This document shows positions 49,902-60,908 of a stretch of 64,000 bases of DNA, one piece after another. A model generated the notes under the pieces. It saw nothing but the letters and a program-made list of their open reading frames with translations, made no database searches and was not told the origin of the DNA. The DNA comes from Pseudomonadota bacterium (GTDB taxonomy: Bacteria > Pseudomonadota > Alphaproteobacteria > Rhizobiales > Stappiaceae), in contig JBCCVB010000012.1 of the NCBI GenBank assembly GCA_039195965.1, positions 1,172 through 65,171 on the forward strand, given 5' to 3'. The translations under genes and the position numbers were made by a program. How positions within the stretch are numbered: position 1 is the first letter of the stretch; every line of letters begins with the position of its first letter.

Positions 49902-50864
49902 TCACATAAACAGAAGTTCGCCGGTCATGTTCTTGTAGATTCCCGCGACCTGCTCCTCATATCCGTTATACAGCAGCGTATTGCGGCGCTCGTCCGTTCC
50001 GAGCAGTTTTTCACTCGCTTGCGGCCAGCGGCGGTGAGGCACCGACGGGTTCACATTTGCCCAGAAGCCATATTCCTTCGGCTGGATTTCTTCCCAGAAG
50101 CTGACCGGACGCTGATCCGTGAACGAGATCCGAACAACGGACTTGATCGACTTGAAGCCATACTTCCAGGGCGTAACGAGCCGGATCGGTGCCCCGAACT
50201 GTTTCGCAAGCGGCTTGCCATAGATCCCGGTTGCCATGAACGCGAGTTCGTTTGTCGCCTCTTCCAGCGTCAGGCCTTCCACATAGGGCCAAGGGTACCA
50301 GCTTTGCTTCTGGCCGTTTGCAACGGATGGATCGAGGAATGTTTCGAATCTCAGATATTTCGCGCCTGTCTGCGGCCCGGCGAGTTTCACCAACTCCGCA
50401 AGCGGGAACCCGGACCAGGGAACAGCCATCGACCAGGCTTCCACGCAGCGGTGACGGTAGAGACGTTCCTCGAGCGGCATTTTGGAAAGCAGTGTGTCGA
50501 TATCAACGATCTGAGGATTATCGATCAACCCGTCCAGCGTGACGGTCCAGGGACGGATCTTCAAATTTTGCGCCGCGGGCCAGATCTGCTTGTGAGATCC
50601 GAATTCATAGAAATTGTTGTACTTGGATGCCACGTCCTCCGAGGTCAGATCCCGGTCGAGGGTAAAGGAGGCGTTTCTTTTGACCGGGTAAAGTCCGGCA
50701 CTCGGATCTTCTTCCGCAAACGCAGGGCGGATACCCAGTCCGGTTCCCAGCAACGCTCCGCCTCCAACAAGACCTGCCAGAATCTGGCGGCGGTTCAAAA
50801 ACACGCTTTCTGGTGTTGCCTCGCGCTCCGGAAGGGCCCAACTGCGTTTCTTGATGATGTTCAT
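49902..50864 (-). CDS. msrP: Protein-methionine-sulfoxide reductase catalytic subunit
   Basis: Tat motif NRRQIL, YNNFYEFG, RHRCVEAWS, PWKYGFKSIK and GFWANVNP. Confidence 0.95.
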   Translation of the reverse strand: MNIIKKRSWALPEREATPESVFLNRRQILAGLVGGGALLGTGLGIRPAFAEEDPSAGLYPVKRNASFTLDRDLTSEDVASKYNNFYEFGSHKQIWPAAQNLKIRPWTVTLDGLIDNPQIVDIDTLLSKMPLEERLYRHRCVEAWSMAVPWSGFPLAELVKLAGPQTGAKYLRFETFLDPSVANGQKQSWYPWPYVEGLTLEEATNELAFMATGIYGKPLAKQFGAPIRLVTPWKYGFKSIKSVVRISFTDQRPVSFWEEIQPKEYGFWANVNPSVPHRRWPQASEKLLGTDERRNTLLYNGYEEQVAGIYKNMTGELLFM

Positions 50865-51118
50865 TCACAAAACTCCCGTTTGCCGAAGAGAGAACCGGAA
50901 TCGGCCTTCAATGGCAAATAACGCCCTGGTGACCGGATGCAGGAACAATGTGATCGGAGTGCGTTTTGCACAGCCTTGAAGGCTTGGTTTCTAAGGTAAC
51001 CGAGCTTCGATCAGCTGCTGCTGGTTCTGGCGCCCCGGACAATGGATGTTTGGAAAGTCAGTTTGCCAAAAAAAGAGAGGCCGAAGCCCCTCTTCCTCTA
51101 CTTGTCCAGTGTGGCGAC

Positions 51119-53182
51119 TTACGCCGCCTGCTTGCCCGACTTCTGCAATGCCTGATCTGCGGCTTTGCCTGACAGTTCGGCCATGTGGTCGAACTCGGTC
51201 GTGTAGCTGGCAACACCTGCCGTTGCAGAACGGAGTTCGATGATCAGATCGCCGATTTCCGCTTCCGGCATCAGAGCCTGAACCTCGTCCCAACCGGGCC
51301 AGTTCGGTCTCGCATCGAAGCCGAGCAATTGCCCGCGCCGTGCTGACACGATGGCATTGACCTTCGCCGTTGCATCATTGGGGCACGAGATGACGACCTT
51401 GTGGATCGGTTCCAGCAACACCGGCTTGCAGTCCGGCAAACCATCACGGATCGCAAGGATGCCTGCCATCTTGAAGGCCTGGTCGGAGCTGTCGACCGAG
51501 TGATAGGACCCGTCCGTAAGACAGACGGAAATATCGACAACCGGGAAACCGAAGCTGCCTTTGCAGAGGGCATCCATAACGCCATCCTTCACAGACGGTA
51601 TGTATTGCTTGGGAACGACACCTCCGGTGATCGTATCGGTAAACTGCAGCCCCTCGCCGCGTGGCAGCGGAGCGATTTCGAGAACCACGTCCCCGAACTG
51701 CCCGTGGCCGCCCGATTGCTTTTTGTGACGCCCACGCACCTTGGTCTTTGTCCGGATGGTCTCTGAATAGGGAACATGCGGCGTATGAGCGGCGACGTTG
51801 AGACCGTATTTTCCAGCAAGCCTTTCCTGTGCAACGCGCAAGTGCATTTCACCCTGTCCGGCCAGAAGCGTTTCCGCAGTTGTCTGGTTCTGGCTGATGG
51901 TCAGAGAAGGGTCTTCTTCCACCAGTTTTGCCAGCGCGGCGGACAGACGGACTTCGTCCTTGCGTTCTGTAGCCGCAATCGCCGTGGCCAGAACCGGGCT
52001 GCGTGTTTCAGCATCCTGCAGAACCGTCAGTTCGCCCTGATCCAGACTGAGCACGTCCCCAGTCTTGACGCCATCGAGCCTGCCAAGCGCTACCAGATCG
52101 CCTTTGCCGGCAGTGGCTATTTTGCTGGCAGTCTGGCCGAAAACTGAAAACAGTCCTGAAACCTTGACCTCGTCTCCGCCGTTCAGGAACAGGCTGTCGC
52201 CGTCCGACACCTGACCGTCAAGAATGCGAGCTACGGAGAGTTTGCCGCCATGCTGGGTATGCAGTGTCTTGAGGACCTGTAAAACCGCGCGTTGTTCGGT
52301 ATCGAGAACCCGTTTTGCCAACAGGTCGACACCCGGAGTTTCGTGCCGCAGAGCCTTCAACAGCCGGCTGACCCCGTTGCCGTGTTCCGCAGAGCCGAAG
52401 AACACCGGACAGATCAGACCGTCCTGCATTTCGTTCACAAGGTCGGCAAACACCTGATCCCGGTCCGGCGCGATGTCCTCAAGAAGCGCTTCCATCAGAT
52501 CGTCGTCGTGATCGGCAAGATGTTCAAGCATCGTAAACCGGGCCTCATGCTCACGCGTACGGTCCTCGTCGGACATGTCGATCTGCGTACTCGGTTCCTT
52601 TTCGTGATAGACATGCGCCCGTTCGAGCGCGAGGTCGATGAAGCCGGTCGCCTGACCGTCTTCCCAAATCGGGATCTGTCTCAGCACCAGCGGCACCGAG
52701 GACGCAGGCTGCAGAACATTCAGTACATCGTGTACCCGGCGGGTGCTCTTGTCGATCTTGTTCAAAAACAAAACCCGCGGAATAGCGCGGGCTTCAAGAG
52801 CTTTCAGGATAAGCTGCAAGGCTGGAACCTTGCGCTCGTCGTCTTCAGCTACAACGACAGCAAGATCCGCTCCGCTCAGCGCTCCGTCCATTTCGCTCAA
52901 GAATTCAACGGAACCCGGACAATCGACGAATATGAATCGATCACCCAGATATTCCGCGTCCGCAATGTTGACCTCAACGCTCATGCCATGAGCGCGAGCC
53001 TCCGGCGAGGCGTCACCCACCGTGTTTCCGTCTGCGACGCTTCCTTGACGGGCCACTTTGTCCGTTCGCGCCAGCACGGCCTCTAACAGGCTTGTCTTGC
53101 CGCTGCCGAACGGACCAACGAGGGCGATACAGCGCGGCGTGCTGCCGGCAGTGGATCCCTTTCCGTTTGTACTGATTGCCAT
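51119..53182 (-). CDS. Elongation factor G paralogue (EF-G2/FusA2-like)
   Basis: G1 GPFGSGKT, G3 DCPG, G4 NKID, domain IV KKQSGGHGQFGDV and DGSYHSVDSS, domain V LLEPI. Start taken at ATG 53182. Confidence 0.9.
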   Translation of the reverse strand: MAISTNGKGSTAGSTPRCIALVGPFGSGKTSLLEAVLARTDKVARQGSVADGNTVGDASPEARAHGMSVEVNIADAEYLGDRFIFVDCPGSVEFLSEMDGALSGADLAVVVAEDDERKVPALQLILKALEARAIPRVLFLNKIDKSTRRVHDVLNVLQPASSVPLVLRQIPIWEDGQATGFIDLALERAHVYHEKEPSTQIDMSDEDRTREHEARFTMLEHLADHDDDLMEALLEDIAPDRDQVFADLVNEMQDGLICPVFFGSAEHGNGVSRLLKALRHETPGVDLLAKRVLDTEQRAVLQVLKTLHTQHGGKLSVARILDGQVSDGDSLFLNGGDEVKVSGLFSVFGQTASKIATAGKGDLVALGRLDGVKTGDVLSLDQGELTVLQDAETRSPVLATAIAATERKDEVRLSAALAKLVEEDPSLTISQNQTTAETLLAGQGEMHLRVAQERLAGKYGLNVAAHTPHVPYSETIRTKTKVRGRHKKQSGGHGQFGDVVLEIAPLPRGEGLQFTDTITGGVVPKQYIPSVKDGVMDALCKGSFGFPVVDISVCLTDGSYHSVDSSDQAFKMAGILAIRDGLPDCKPVLLEPIHKVVISCPNDATAKVNAIVSARRGQLLGFDARPNWPGWDEVQALMPEAEIGDLIIELRSATAGVASYTTEFDHMAELSGKAADQALQKSGKQAA

Positions 53183-53511
53183 AGTGTGTCTCCCGTGTGC
53201 TCGAGGAAATCCCCGTAACAACGCGGCACGGCCGGCGATCAAGGACGCGGGCCCGCCGCGTCTCGCCCGGATGGGATCGAAGGCCAAGAAAACCCAGTAC
53301 TTATCAGCACCAAGCCCCAATTCTACGGCACACCGACCAGGGGCGGTTTTCCATCGTCGCGCCGATTGCAGGCCAAAGGCAAGGGAATCTTTTGTCGCAG
53401 TGCAAAAACCGAAACCTGACACCGCCTGCAGTGAGAGAGCGTTAAGCCTGGTTGTCGTCACGGCTTGCGCACCTGGATACTTTCCTCAATGCTGCAATCA
53501 TCCTTCGGCAC

Positions 53512-53895
53512 ATGGACACGCAAATGGCGAAACGGTTCAAGAAACGGGCGAGCCTGGAAGAAATTCTCCAGTCGACATCATTCGCGCTGTGGCCGTCGCA
53601 AGACGGTGCCGCAATCATAAGCATTGATACTGTCGGGTGCGATGGAGACAGACCGCTTCATGTTTTGGCACACAGACAGGACCTTTATTCCTGCCGAGTG
53701 CTTTTGGAAAGCGGTGCCGACCCGAACCTTCAGGGAGATATCGGCTACACGCCGCTCCACTACGCTGTCATGGCTCAGAACCGGGAACTGACGGATTTGC
53801 TTCTTGAATTTGGCGCAAGAACAGACATCGCCTCTGAATTTGACGAGACACCCGCATCAATATCCGAGGACAGGGGGTTCAGGCTTGCAAGATGA
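53512..53895 (+). CDS. Small ankyrin-repeat protein
   Basis: GDRPLHV...LLESGADPN and GYTPLHYAV...LLLEFGA. Confidence 0.85.
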   Translation: MDTQMAKRFKKRASLEEILQSTSFALWPSQDGAAIISIDTVGCDGDRPLHVLAHRQDLYSCRVLLESGADPNLQGDIGYTPLHYAVMAQNRELTDLLLEFGARTDIASEFDETPASISEDRGFRLAR

Positions 53896-53966
53896 GCCCA
53901 TGACCTTCGCCTCTTGGCGACCTATATTAGGGGTGGTCGGGAGCAAGACTGCGAAAAGGTAATGTT

Positions 53967-54266
53967 ATGAGCTTTCAGAAATACGCCTGGACGATAGCCC
54001 TATCAGCTCTTTTGACGGGTTCAGCCGCAGCTCAGAACAATCAGCTGCGCGGCCTTTCGGATTCGACACCAAACAGCCTGCCGTCGGCCCAACAGCAGCT
54101 CAATCAGAGCCTGAACAATCAGCAATCGAGTTTCTCGACCCGGCAGCAGATCGACAGTGCCAACCGGTTGAATCATACAAATCAGATCAACAGGCTGAAC
54201 GCGCAGCCCAGCACGACGATCGCACCTTGCGCGGGTGCCAACAACGGGTGTCAGAACGCACAGTAG
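53967..54266 (+). CDS. Hypothetical small secreted Gln/Asn-rich protein
   Basis: Signal peptide ending SAAAQ, a Q/N-rich body and a C-terminal Cys pair. Confidence 0.65.
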   Translation: MSFQKYAWTIALSALLTGSAAAQNNQLRGLSDSTPNSLPSAQQQLNQSLNNQQSSFSTRQQIDSANRLNHTNQINRLNAQPSTTIAPCAGANNGCQNAQ

Positions 54267-54374
54267 CGCGAACTGCAAATCTGCCCGAAATCGTTTTGAC
54301 GACACATCCCGAAAAGGCATGTCCCCTTCGTCGTTTCATGACGAAGGGGGCAGCTTAAGTTCTACTGTTGGAAC

Positions 54375-54854
54375 CTAGTTGATACGTTCCAGCGTCAGCT
54401 TGCTGACGCCGACCGTCAGATTGGTGCCGGTCTGGCTCTCCAGGCTGAACGGGTTCAATGCGATGGATCGATCGAAACCGCCAAGCAAGGCGTTGGCCTT
54501 GATCCCTGCGCCAAGGCTCGCACCGGCGGTCACACCGCCATACGTTCCTGCAAGCAATCCGGGCTTACGGTTGGCGGACGGCGCCAGGACGCCCCAGACA
54601 AGCGTCGCTTCCTTCGTCTTGCCGATATCAAGACCGTAATCCCTGACTTCGCCCTTGTAGTGCTCGACGGCTCCGCCATCGACTGGTTTGAAGCTGCATC
54701 CAAGCGCTGCGGAAGAACCGACAATGAAGTTGTGCTCCCCTTCCACCAGACAGCTCAGGGTTCCGATTTCAACTTTAGGACTGTTTTCGCTTGCGAAAGC
54801 AGATCCGGTCGCAAACAGAACTGCGGTGGCAAGTGCCATGCTCAGAAAACGCAT
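54375..54854 (-). CDS. DUF992 domain protein
   Basis: Signal peptide, GTLSC...IVGSS..L.C.F, YGLDIG, LVWGV.AP and NP.SLESQTG.N. Confidence 0.85.
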   Translation of the reverse strand: MRFLSMALATAVLFATGSAFASENSPKVEIGTLSCLVEGEHNFIVGSSAALGCSFKPVDGGAVEHYKGEVRDYGLDIGKTKEATLVWGVLAPSANRKPGLLAGTYGGVTAGASLGAGIKANALLGGFDRSIALNPFSLESQTGTNLTVGVSKLTLERIN

Positions 54855-54978
54855 TTTGAAAATCTCCATATCAAGAGCGTACACGCGCACCCTAACAAGG
54901 TATGCGAGCAAAACCGTGATATGCATGCATCGCGTCAAAATCTGGGCAAGACTCCCTGAATTGAGTTTGCGCGCCAAT

Positions 54979-55608
54979 TCAGGCAGTTGGGTCAGCCAAT
55001 TGCGCTTCGCCGGCCGCAAGTCCGCCGATCGCAAGTCCATGCCCCGAATGACCCTTGTCCACCAGACGCGCCAGCAGATATCGTCGGCCACCGATGAGGA
55101 GGGTCAAAGTCACGACCACCGGCACAAGACTGTTTGCAGGATTTGCAAGAACCCATCCTGCACCAAGCGCCGTTCCCAGCAGCATTATCAGCGAATAACG
55201 CCATTGTTGAACGCGTGGCACCTCCGGAAGCCCCGCAAATCCGCCATTCACAAAGATGGTCTGGTAGATACCGGCGAGCAGAACCGTCACCAGAACACCA
55301 CCATGCGAGTAGGTAACGAGCATTTTTGCAAACGCCGGATCGCCGAAACGGAACAATCCAACGATAATCGGTGTCGCGACAAGAATATGAGCGTTCACAC
55401 CGAGAAGAACCGGATGCATGCGGGATCTTAAATGGAGGAATGTAGCAAAAACGAAAAGCGCCAGGCCCGAGCCGATCCAGCCTGCCAACTCCAGGTCATC
55501 CAGCTGACGCCACAGCAAAATAAACGCGATGGAGGGGAGCCCCTCCAGCAGGTCTGCGAACCATTGTTTTTGCTGAGATCGTTCCATGCCCTGCTCCTGA
55601 AAATCCAT
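54979..55608 (-). CDS. Hypothetical membrane protein
   Basis: About six hydrophobic segments. Confidence 0.65.
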   Translation of the reverse strand: MDFQEQGMERSQQKQWFADLLEGLPSIAFILLWRQLDDLELAGWIGSGLALFVFATFLHLRSRMHPVLLGVNAHILVATPIIVGLFRFGDPAFAKMLVTYSHGGVLVTVLLAGIYQTIFVNGGFAGLPEVPRVQQWRYSLIMLLGTALGAGWVLANPANSLVPVVVTLTLLIGGRRYLLARLVDKGHSGHGLAIGGLAAGEAQLADPTA

Positions 55609-55623
55609 ATCACGCAGTCAATT

Positions 55624-56049
55624 TTACTTTGGTGTCGCCTCAAACATGGCAATCACTTCTTCGGCCGTCATCCTTTTGGATTTATTGGCAAAGTCATAGA
55701 AATCCGGTTTGAAATCGGTAAAGAGCTGTAACGACAGGGTCATCATGGACTGGTCGTCGAACAACCCTGCCGACATCTGGTAATCGTTGCTTGCCGAAAT
55801 ACGGTAAAACAAGCTGGAACCACACTTGTTGCAGAAACCACGCTCAGCCCAGTCAGAGGATTTGACCCGGCCGACATTCGCCTCACCTTCGAAAGAGACC
55901 CCTTCGCAATTCAGCGACATGAATGGCCCGGCCGACCAGCGTCTGCACATGTCACAGTGGCAGACAGCCACGCTCGGCTTTTTGGCGGTTGCTGTGAACT
56001 GAACCGCACCGCACATGCATTTTCCGCTGAGATCCAGTTTCCCGGTCAT
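55624..56049 (-). CDS. GFA (CENP-V) family protein
   Basis: G.C.CG.V, CHCDMCRR and RGFC..CGSSLF. Confidence 0.9.
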   Translation of the reverse strand: MTGKLDLSGKCMCGAVQFTATAKKPSVAVCHCDMCRRWSAGPFMSLNCEGVSFEGEANVGRVKSSDWAERGFCNKCGSSLFYRISASNDYQMSAGLFDDQSMMTLSLQLFTDFKPDFYDFANKSKRMTAEEVIAMFEATPK

Positions 56050-56263
56050 TTGGCCCCTCCAACCTTCACGAAAGCTGCAGCGGTGTTGCTCAGGCTGAAG
56101 GATCAGAACCGGAGGCGCGCAATCAGCAGACAGTTCACTTATGGCCAGCAGCCTAGACCGAGCCGAGACACCCTGTCAGCTTCTAATTGCAAATGTGAAA
56201 AGCACATACGAAAAAGGGCGGCTCCTGCCGCCCTTCCGAATACCTGACCTTGTTGGCAGGCCT

Positions 56264-57556
<1,293 letters not shown>

Positions 57557-57632
57557 TCAAAGCAGTTTTTCAGCTTCGTCCGGCGCAAATTTGCTCCAAC
57601 AGGCTCCGTTACGGCAGGGGCTGACGCGAGCG

Positions 57633-58763
57633 TTAGCTGCGCGTTTCCAGAATCATCTTCGGCTCGTTCTGATCTTCATCGATCAGGCTGCACTTGAACC
57701 GCTTCTTCTTCGTTTGCCCGTTCAGGACGTTCACGGGCACCGACAATGGCACGTCCGAACTCTGCTTTGCCGCACCCAGCAGCGAAGAATAGTTGTTCGG
57801 ATGAAGGAGCATCTCGGTGATCGGCCGGCTGTCCAGAACCTCTGGCGTCAGATGATAGGTCTTCATCGCGGCCTTGTTGGCGGCAATGATCATTCTGGAT
57901 TTCACATTGACCACCAGGATCGGCGCGCTGCAGATCTCGAAAACCTTTGCAAAGTCAACGTCGCCGCCGACATGACCAGCGGAAAACAGGACGCCGCCAA
58001 CCGTACCACCAATACGAAAATACATGGCGTCGTAATTGAGATCGAGACTGTCGTTCGATGCCAGCAGAAACTTGCCGCGCCCCGTGGCGCTCGCGCGCCG
58101 CGTCAGGGCAGCCAGTGTCAAAGACACAATCGTCCGTCCAACGCGGTTTTGAATATGCGCAATGTTCCTGCCGATGATCAGCCGGGCATCTTCAATCTGA
58201 AAACTCTTGACGAAACCGTCACTGGCGAACCGGACGTAACCGAAATTGTCGACCAGTAGAACAACCCTGGTAGATGAGGCGACGAAGTGCTGCAGGATCG
58301 GAGCAAGGCCCAGAACGATCCTGCCAGGGTTTTCGTCGTCTTCACCGATTGAGGGAAAACATATCGCAAGGATGCGCCCATCCGGCAATTCATAGCGATA
58401 GGCCACGATCGGAACACCAGGGATCCGGTGATCCGGTCCACCACCGACATCGAATGGTCCGGCTTTTCCTTCTCGTATGGCCCCTTGCACAAGCCGGAGG
58501 ACGGTCTTTCTGTCTTCAGGTGACAGGTGCCGCAAGGCTTCATTGTGCGGCGCTTCCTGAAGATCCTTGACTTCGCTATTGAAGCTTTGGGAACCGACCT
58601 CATGCCACAGGATGGTTTTGCGGCTGATGTCTGCGATAAAAAACTGCAATCCGGCCAAAGACAGGGCGGGACCGTCATCATCGGGTTTCCGCTCATGCTT
58701 TGTAGGCGTCACAGGGTTCTGTGGCTTTGCGGCCACGGCGCTCTGCTCTGCGTTGAGTGTCAT
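57633..58763 (-). CDS. PAS-domain protein without an evident output domain
   Basis: PAS-like segments (VLLVDNFGYVRFASDGF...IIGRN; ILVVNVKSRMIIAANKAA). No HisKA, GGDEF or HTH seen. Confidence 0.65.
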   Translation of the reverse strand: MTLNAEQSAVAAKPQNPVTPTKHERKPDDDGPALSLAGLQFFIADISRKTILWHEVGSQSFNSEVKDLQEAPHNEALRHLSPEDRKTVLRLVQGAIREGKAGPFDVGGGPDHRIPGVPIVAYRYELPDGRILAICFPSIGEDDENPGRIVLGLAPILQHFVASSTRVVLLVDNFGYVRFASDGFVKSFQIEDARLIIGRNIAHIQNRVGRTIVSLTLAALTRRASATGRGKFLLASNDSLDLNYDAMYFRIGGTVGGVLFSAGHVGGDVDFAKVFEICSAPILVVNVKSRMIIAANKAAMKTYHLTPEVLDSRPITEMLLHPNNYSSLLGAAKQSSDVPLSVPVNVLNGQTKKKRFKCSLIDEDQNEPKMILETRS

Positions 58764-59086
58764 TCCGATTTTGACCTGTAATTGCCGATTTCTCACTTTT
58801 CGCGAGTATCAAGAGCAAAAGCAAACAAACACTAAAACAAGACTGTAAAAACTTGAAAAATTAATACAAATTCCAAGATTAACGCTGCGTATTCTTGTGC
58901 TTATCAGCGTTTAATATTGCAATTTTTACCAAGCGAGATTTTGCCGAGCGCCGTAAAAGTGGCAATTGCGCCAAAGCTATACCTGCCTCGAAATCGCCAT
59001 AAAATCACTCGGTGAGAGCCAGAATGCCGACTGCCTGACGGCGCATTTAAAGCTTTTAATATGCGCCTCTAAAGATGGAGGCACCT

Positions 59087-59314
59087 ATGCAGTTTTTGAG
59101 TTCGGGCGTTTCATCTCAGACAACATCCCACACAAGCTTCCCACCGGTTTTGCTTTTTATGCTGGCTGCGGGCCTCTTGGCGGTGATGAGCCTTGCGCTT
59201 GTACCTGCTCTGGTCCTGCCGCTGGTTGCCTTTGTCGCGATGGTATGGGTTACCCGGCTGCTCGGTCTGCGTCTCTACAGGGACTTCACACAGGCATCGA
59301 ACAGAGGCCGATAA
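59087..59314 (+). CDS. Small hypothetical membrane protein
   Basis: GGAGG RBS and two TM segments. Confidence 0.65.
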   Translation: MQFLSSGVSSQTTSHTSFPPVLLFMLAAGLLAVMSLALVPALVLPLVAFVAMVWVTRLLGLRLYRDFTQASNRGR

Positions 59315-59372
59315 ATCAGCAGGTCTGCACCGCCGACCTGGCACAGCAGTTTATAAGCAATTGGTATTTGCC

Positions 59373-59603
59373 ATGGCGAACGATAAGAAAACAAATCGTC
59401 GAAAGACGTCAGTGCACAAACGCGAACTGCAGGAGGCCCGCCCTCTCCTGCAGGCGATCGCTGTAGGGCTATTATTGGCCACCGGCTTGATGGCCGCCGC
59501 TGCGATGGCCAACCCCGAAGCGGAAAGACAATCGATACAGGAACCGGTAATTCTGGAAGCTGAACCACAGGCGGAAAAGACTCCGGATATTCAAACGCCC
59601 TGA
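59373..59603 (+). CDS. Small hypothetical single-TM protein
   Basis: Basic N-terminus, one hydrophobic helix and an acidic tail. Confidence 0.5.
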   Translation: MANDKKTNRRKTSVHKRELQEARPLLQAIAVGLLLATGLMAAAAMANPEAERQSIQEPVILEAEPQAEKTPDIQTP

Positions 59604-59715
59604 TCGGGCCGTCGTTCCTCCCCCGGTCAAGACGCGTTTTTTGCAATGATGAAAGACGTAGTCTGATCGGCTAGAGCGTTTCGCATTCGTGTCTGACCCA
59701 CCAGTGCGGAACGCT

Positions 59716-60147
59716 TTAGAGTACGTTTGTGGCGATGAGCGCGACAACGATGTAGCGGCCGGTCTTGGCAATGGCCACCAGGACGAAAAACGGCCAGAAC
59801 GGCTCCTTTAAGACACCAGCAGCCAGTGTCAGCGGATCTCCTATGATCGGAGCCCAGCTGAGAAGAAGGCTCCAGCGGCCATAACGGTGATACCACCGCG
59901 TTGCCTTCTCCAGCTTTTCTGCCTTGATGGGAAACCAGGACGCGTCGGAGAAACGCACCGCACCTCGGCCAAGCGCCCAGTTTACAACCGACCCAAGTGT
60001 ATTGCCGAGACTTGCCGCAAAGACCAGGAGGACCACCGGTTCGGTCTTCAGGTAGATAAGGCTGGAGAGTCCGAGCTCGGATTGCGCGGGCAACAGGGTC
60101 GCTGCCAGAAACGAAATTCCGAAAAGGCCCAGTAGGGAAGTGCTCAT
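59716..60147 (-). CDS. YqaA family (VTT/SNARE-associated) membrane protein
   Basis: FLAATLLPAQSE, GNTLGS.VNW.LG and LSWAPIIGDPLT. Confidence 0.9.
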   Translation of the reverse strand: MSTSLLGLFGISFLAATLLPAQSELGLSSLIYLKTEPVVLLVFAASLGNTLGSVVNWALGRGAVRFSDASWFPIKAEKLEKATRWYHRYGRWSLLLSWAPIIGDPLTLAAGVLKEPFWPFFVLVAIAKTGRYIVVALIATNVL

Positions 60148-60466
60148 ATAGGGTGTTTCAGGAGCTTGAGGTTGTGCGAACAGAAGAACCGCCGGTTAAT
60201 CCCAGCTGACAGGTCTCGTCAAGTCTCTCAAACGCCAGTCTTCCACTAAAGGCAACCTCTTTCGCGCGCTGCGGACTTCAGTCGTAATTTGCCTGCCCTT
60301 GCCGGGAAGATGTCAAAACCCCGTTCGAACAAACCCACTCCGTTTCTTGGGTTAAGCAGGTTCCAACCGAATACAGTTCGTCCGGAAAGCCCATCGGCTT
60401 CCCGGACGTCTCATACAGCATTATCTGTTTGGCCTGTTATGAAGGCGTGTTCCGCCTGAATTGGGC

Positions 60467-60778
60467 CTATGCCGCGCAGGCGGCCGAATTGCGGAAAATC
60501 GCGCTGTTCGCAGCGACAATTGCCACCGCATTCATTCTGTTCTTGGCACCCAATCGCGTAATCGCGTTGCGGATATGCACTTTCACGGTCGCGGTTGAAA
60601 CGTCCAGCTCGTAAGCGATCTGCTTGTTCACCTTGCCTTCGGCCAGCATCAGCATGATTTCCAGCTGGCGGGGCGTCATGCGTTCACTCAGATTGATCGG
60701 CCATAGAATGTTGCGAGCGATTGGCTTGTTCTGTCCGGTCTGGGCGGTACTGGTGTCTAGGGCAAAATGAGCAGTCAT
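60467..60778 (-). CDS. Stand-alone LuxR-type HTH protein
   Basis: MTPRQLEIMLMLAEGKVNKQIAYELDVSTATVKVHIRN, with no receiver or autoinducer domain. Confidence 0.85.
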   Translation of the reverse strand: MTAHFALDTSTAQTGQNKPIARNILWPINLSERMTPRQLEIMLMLAEGKVNKQIAYELDVSTATVKVHIRNAITRLGAKNRMNAVAIVAANSAIFRNSAACAA

Positions 60779-60841
60779 CACTCTTTTCCTGTCCTTGAAG
60801 GTCCGTCGTTGATGAGGGGACTGTTCACCAAAGAGCTTATA

Positions 60842-60890
60842 TTGTAAAATGTAAAAATGCAGAATGCAAAATGCTAAAATTTTGCAATTT
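60842..60890. promoter_or_regulatory. Tandem TGYAAAA-like repeats, putative ScfR-family operator
   Basis: TGTAAAA TGTAAAAA TGCAGAA TGCAAAA TGCTAAAA TTTTGCAA directly upstream of the ScfR-family gene. Confidence 0.45.
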
Positions 60891-60908
60891 GACGATTTGG
60901 GACGCGTC

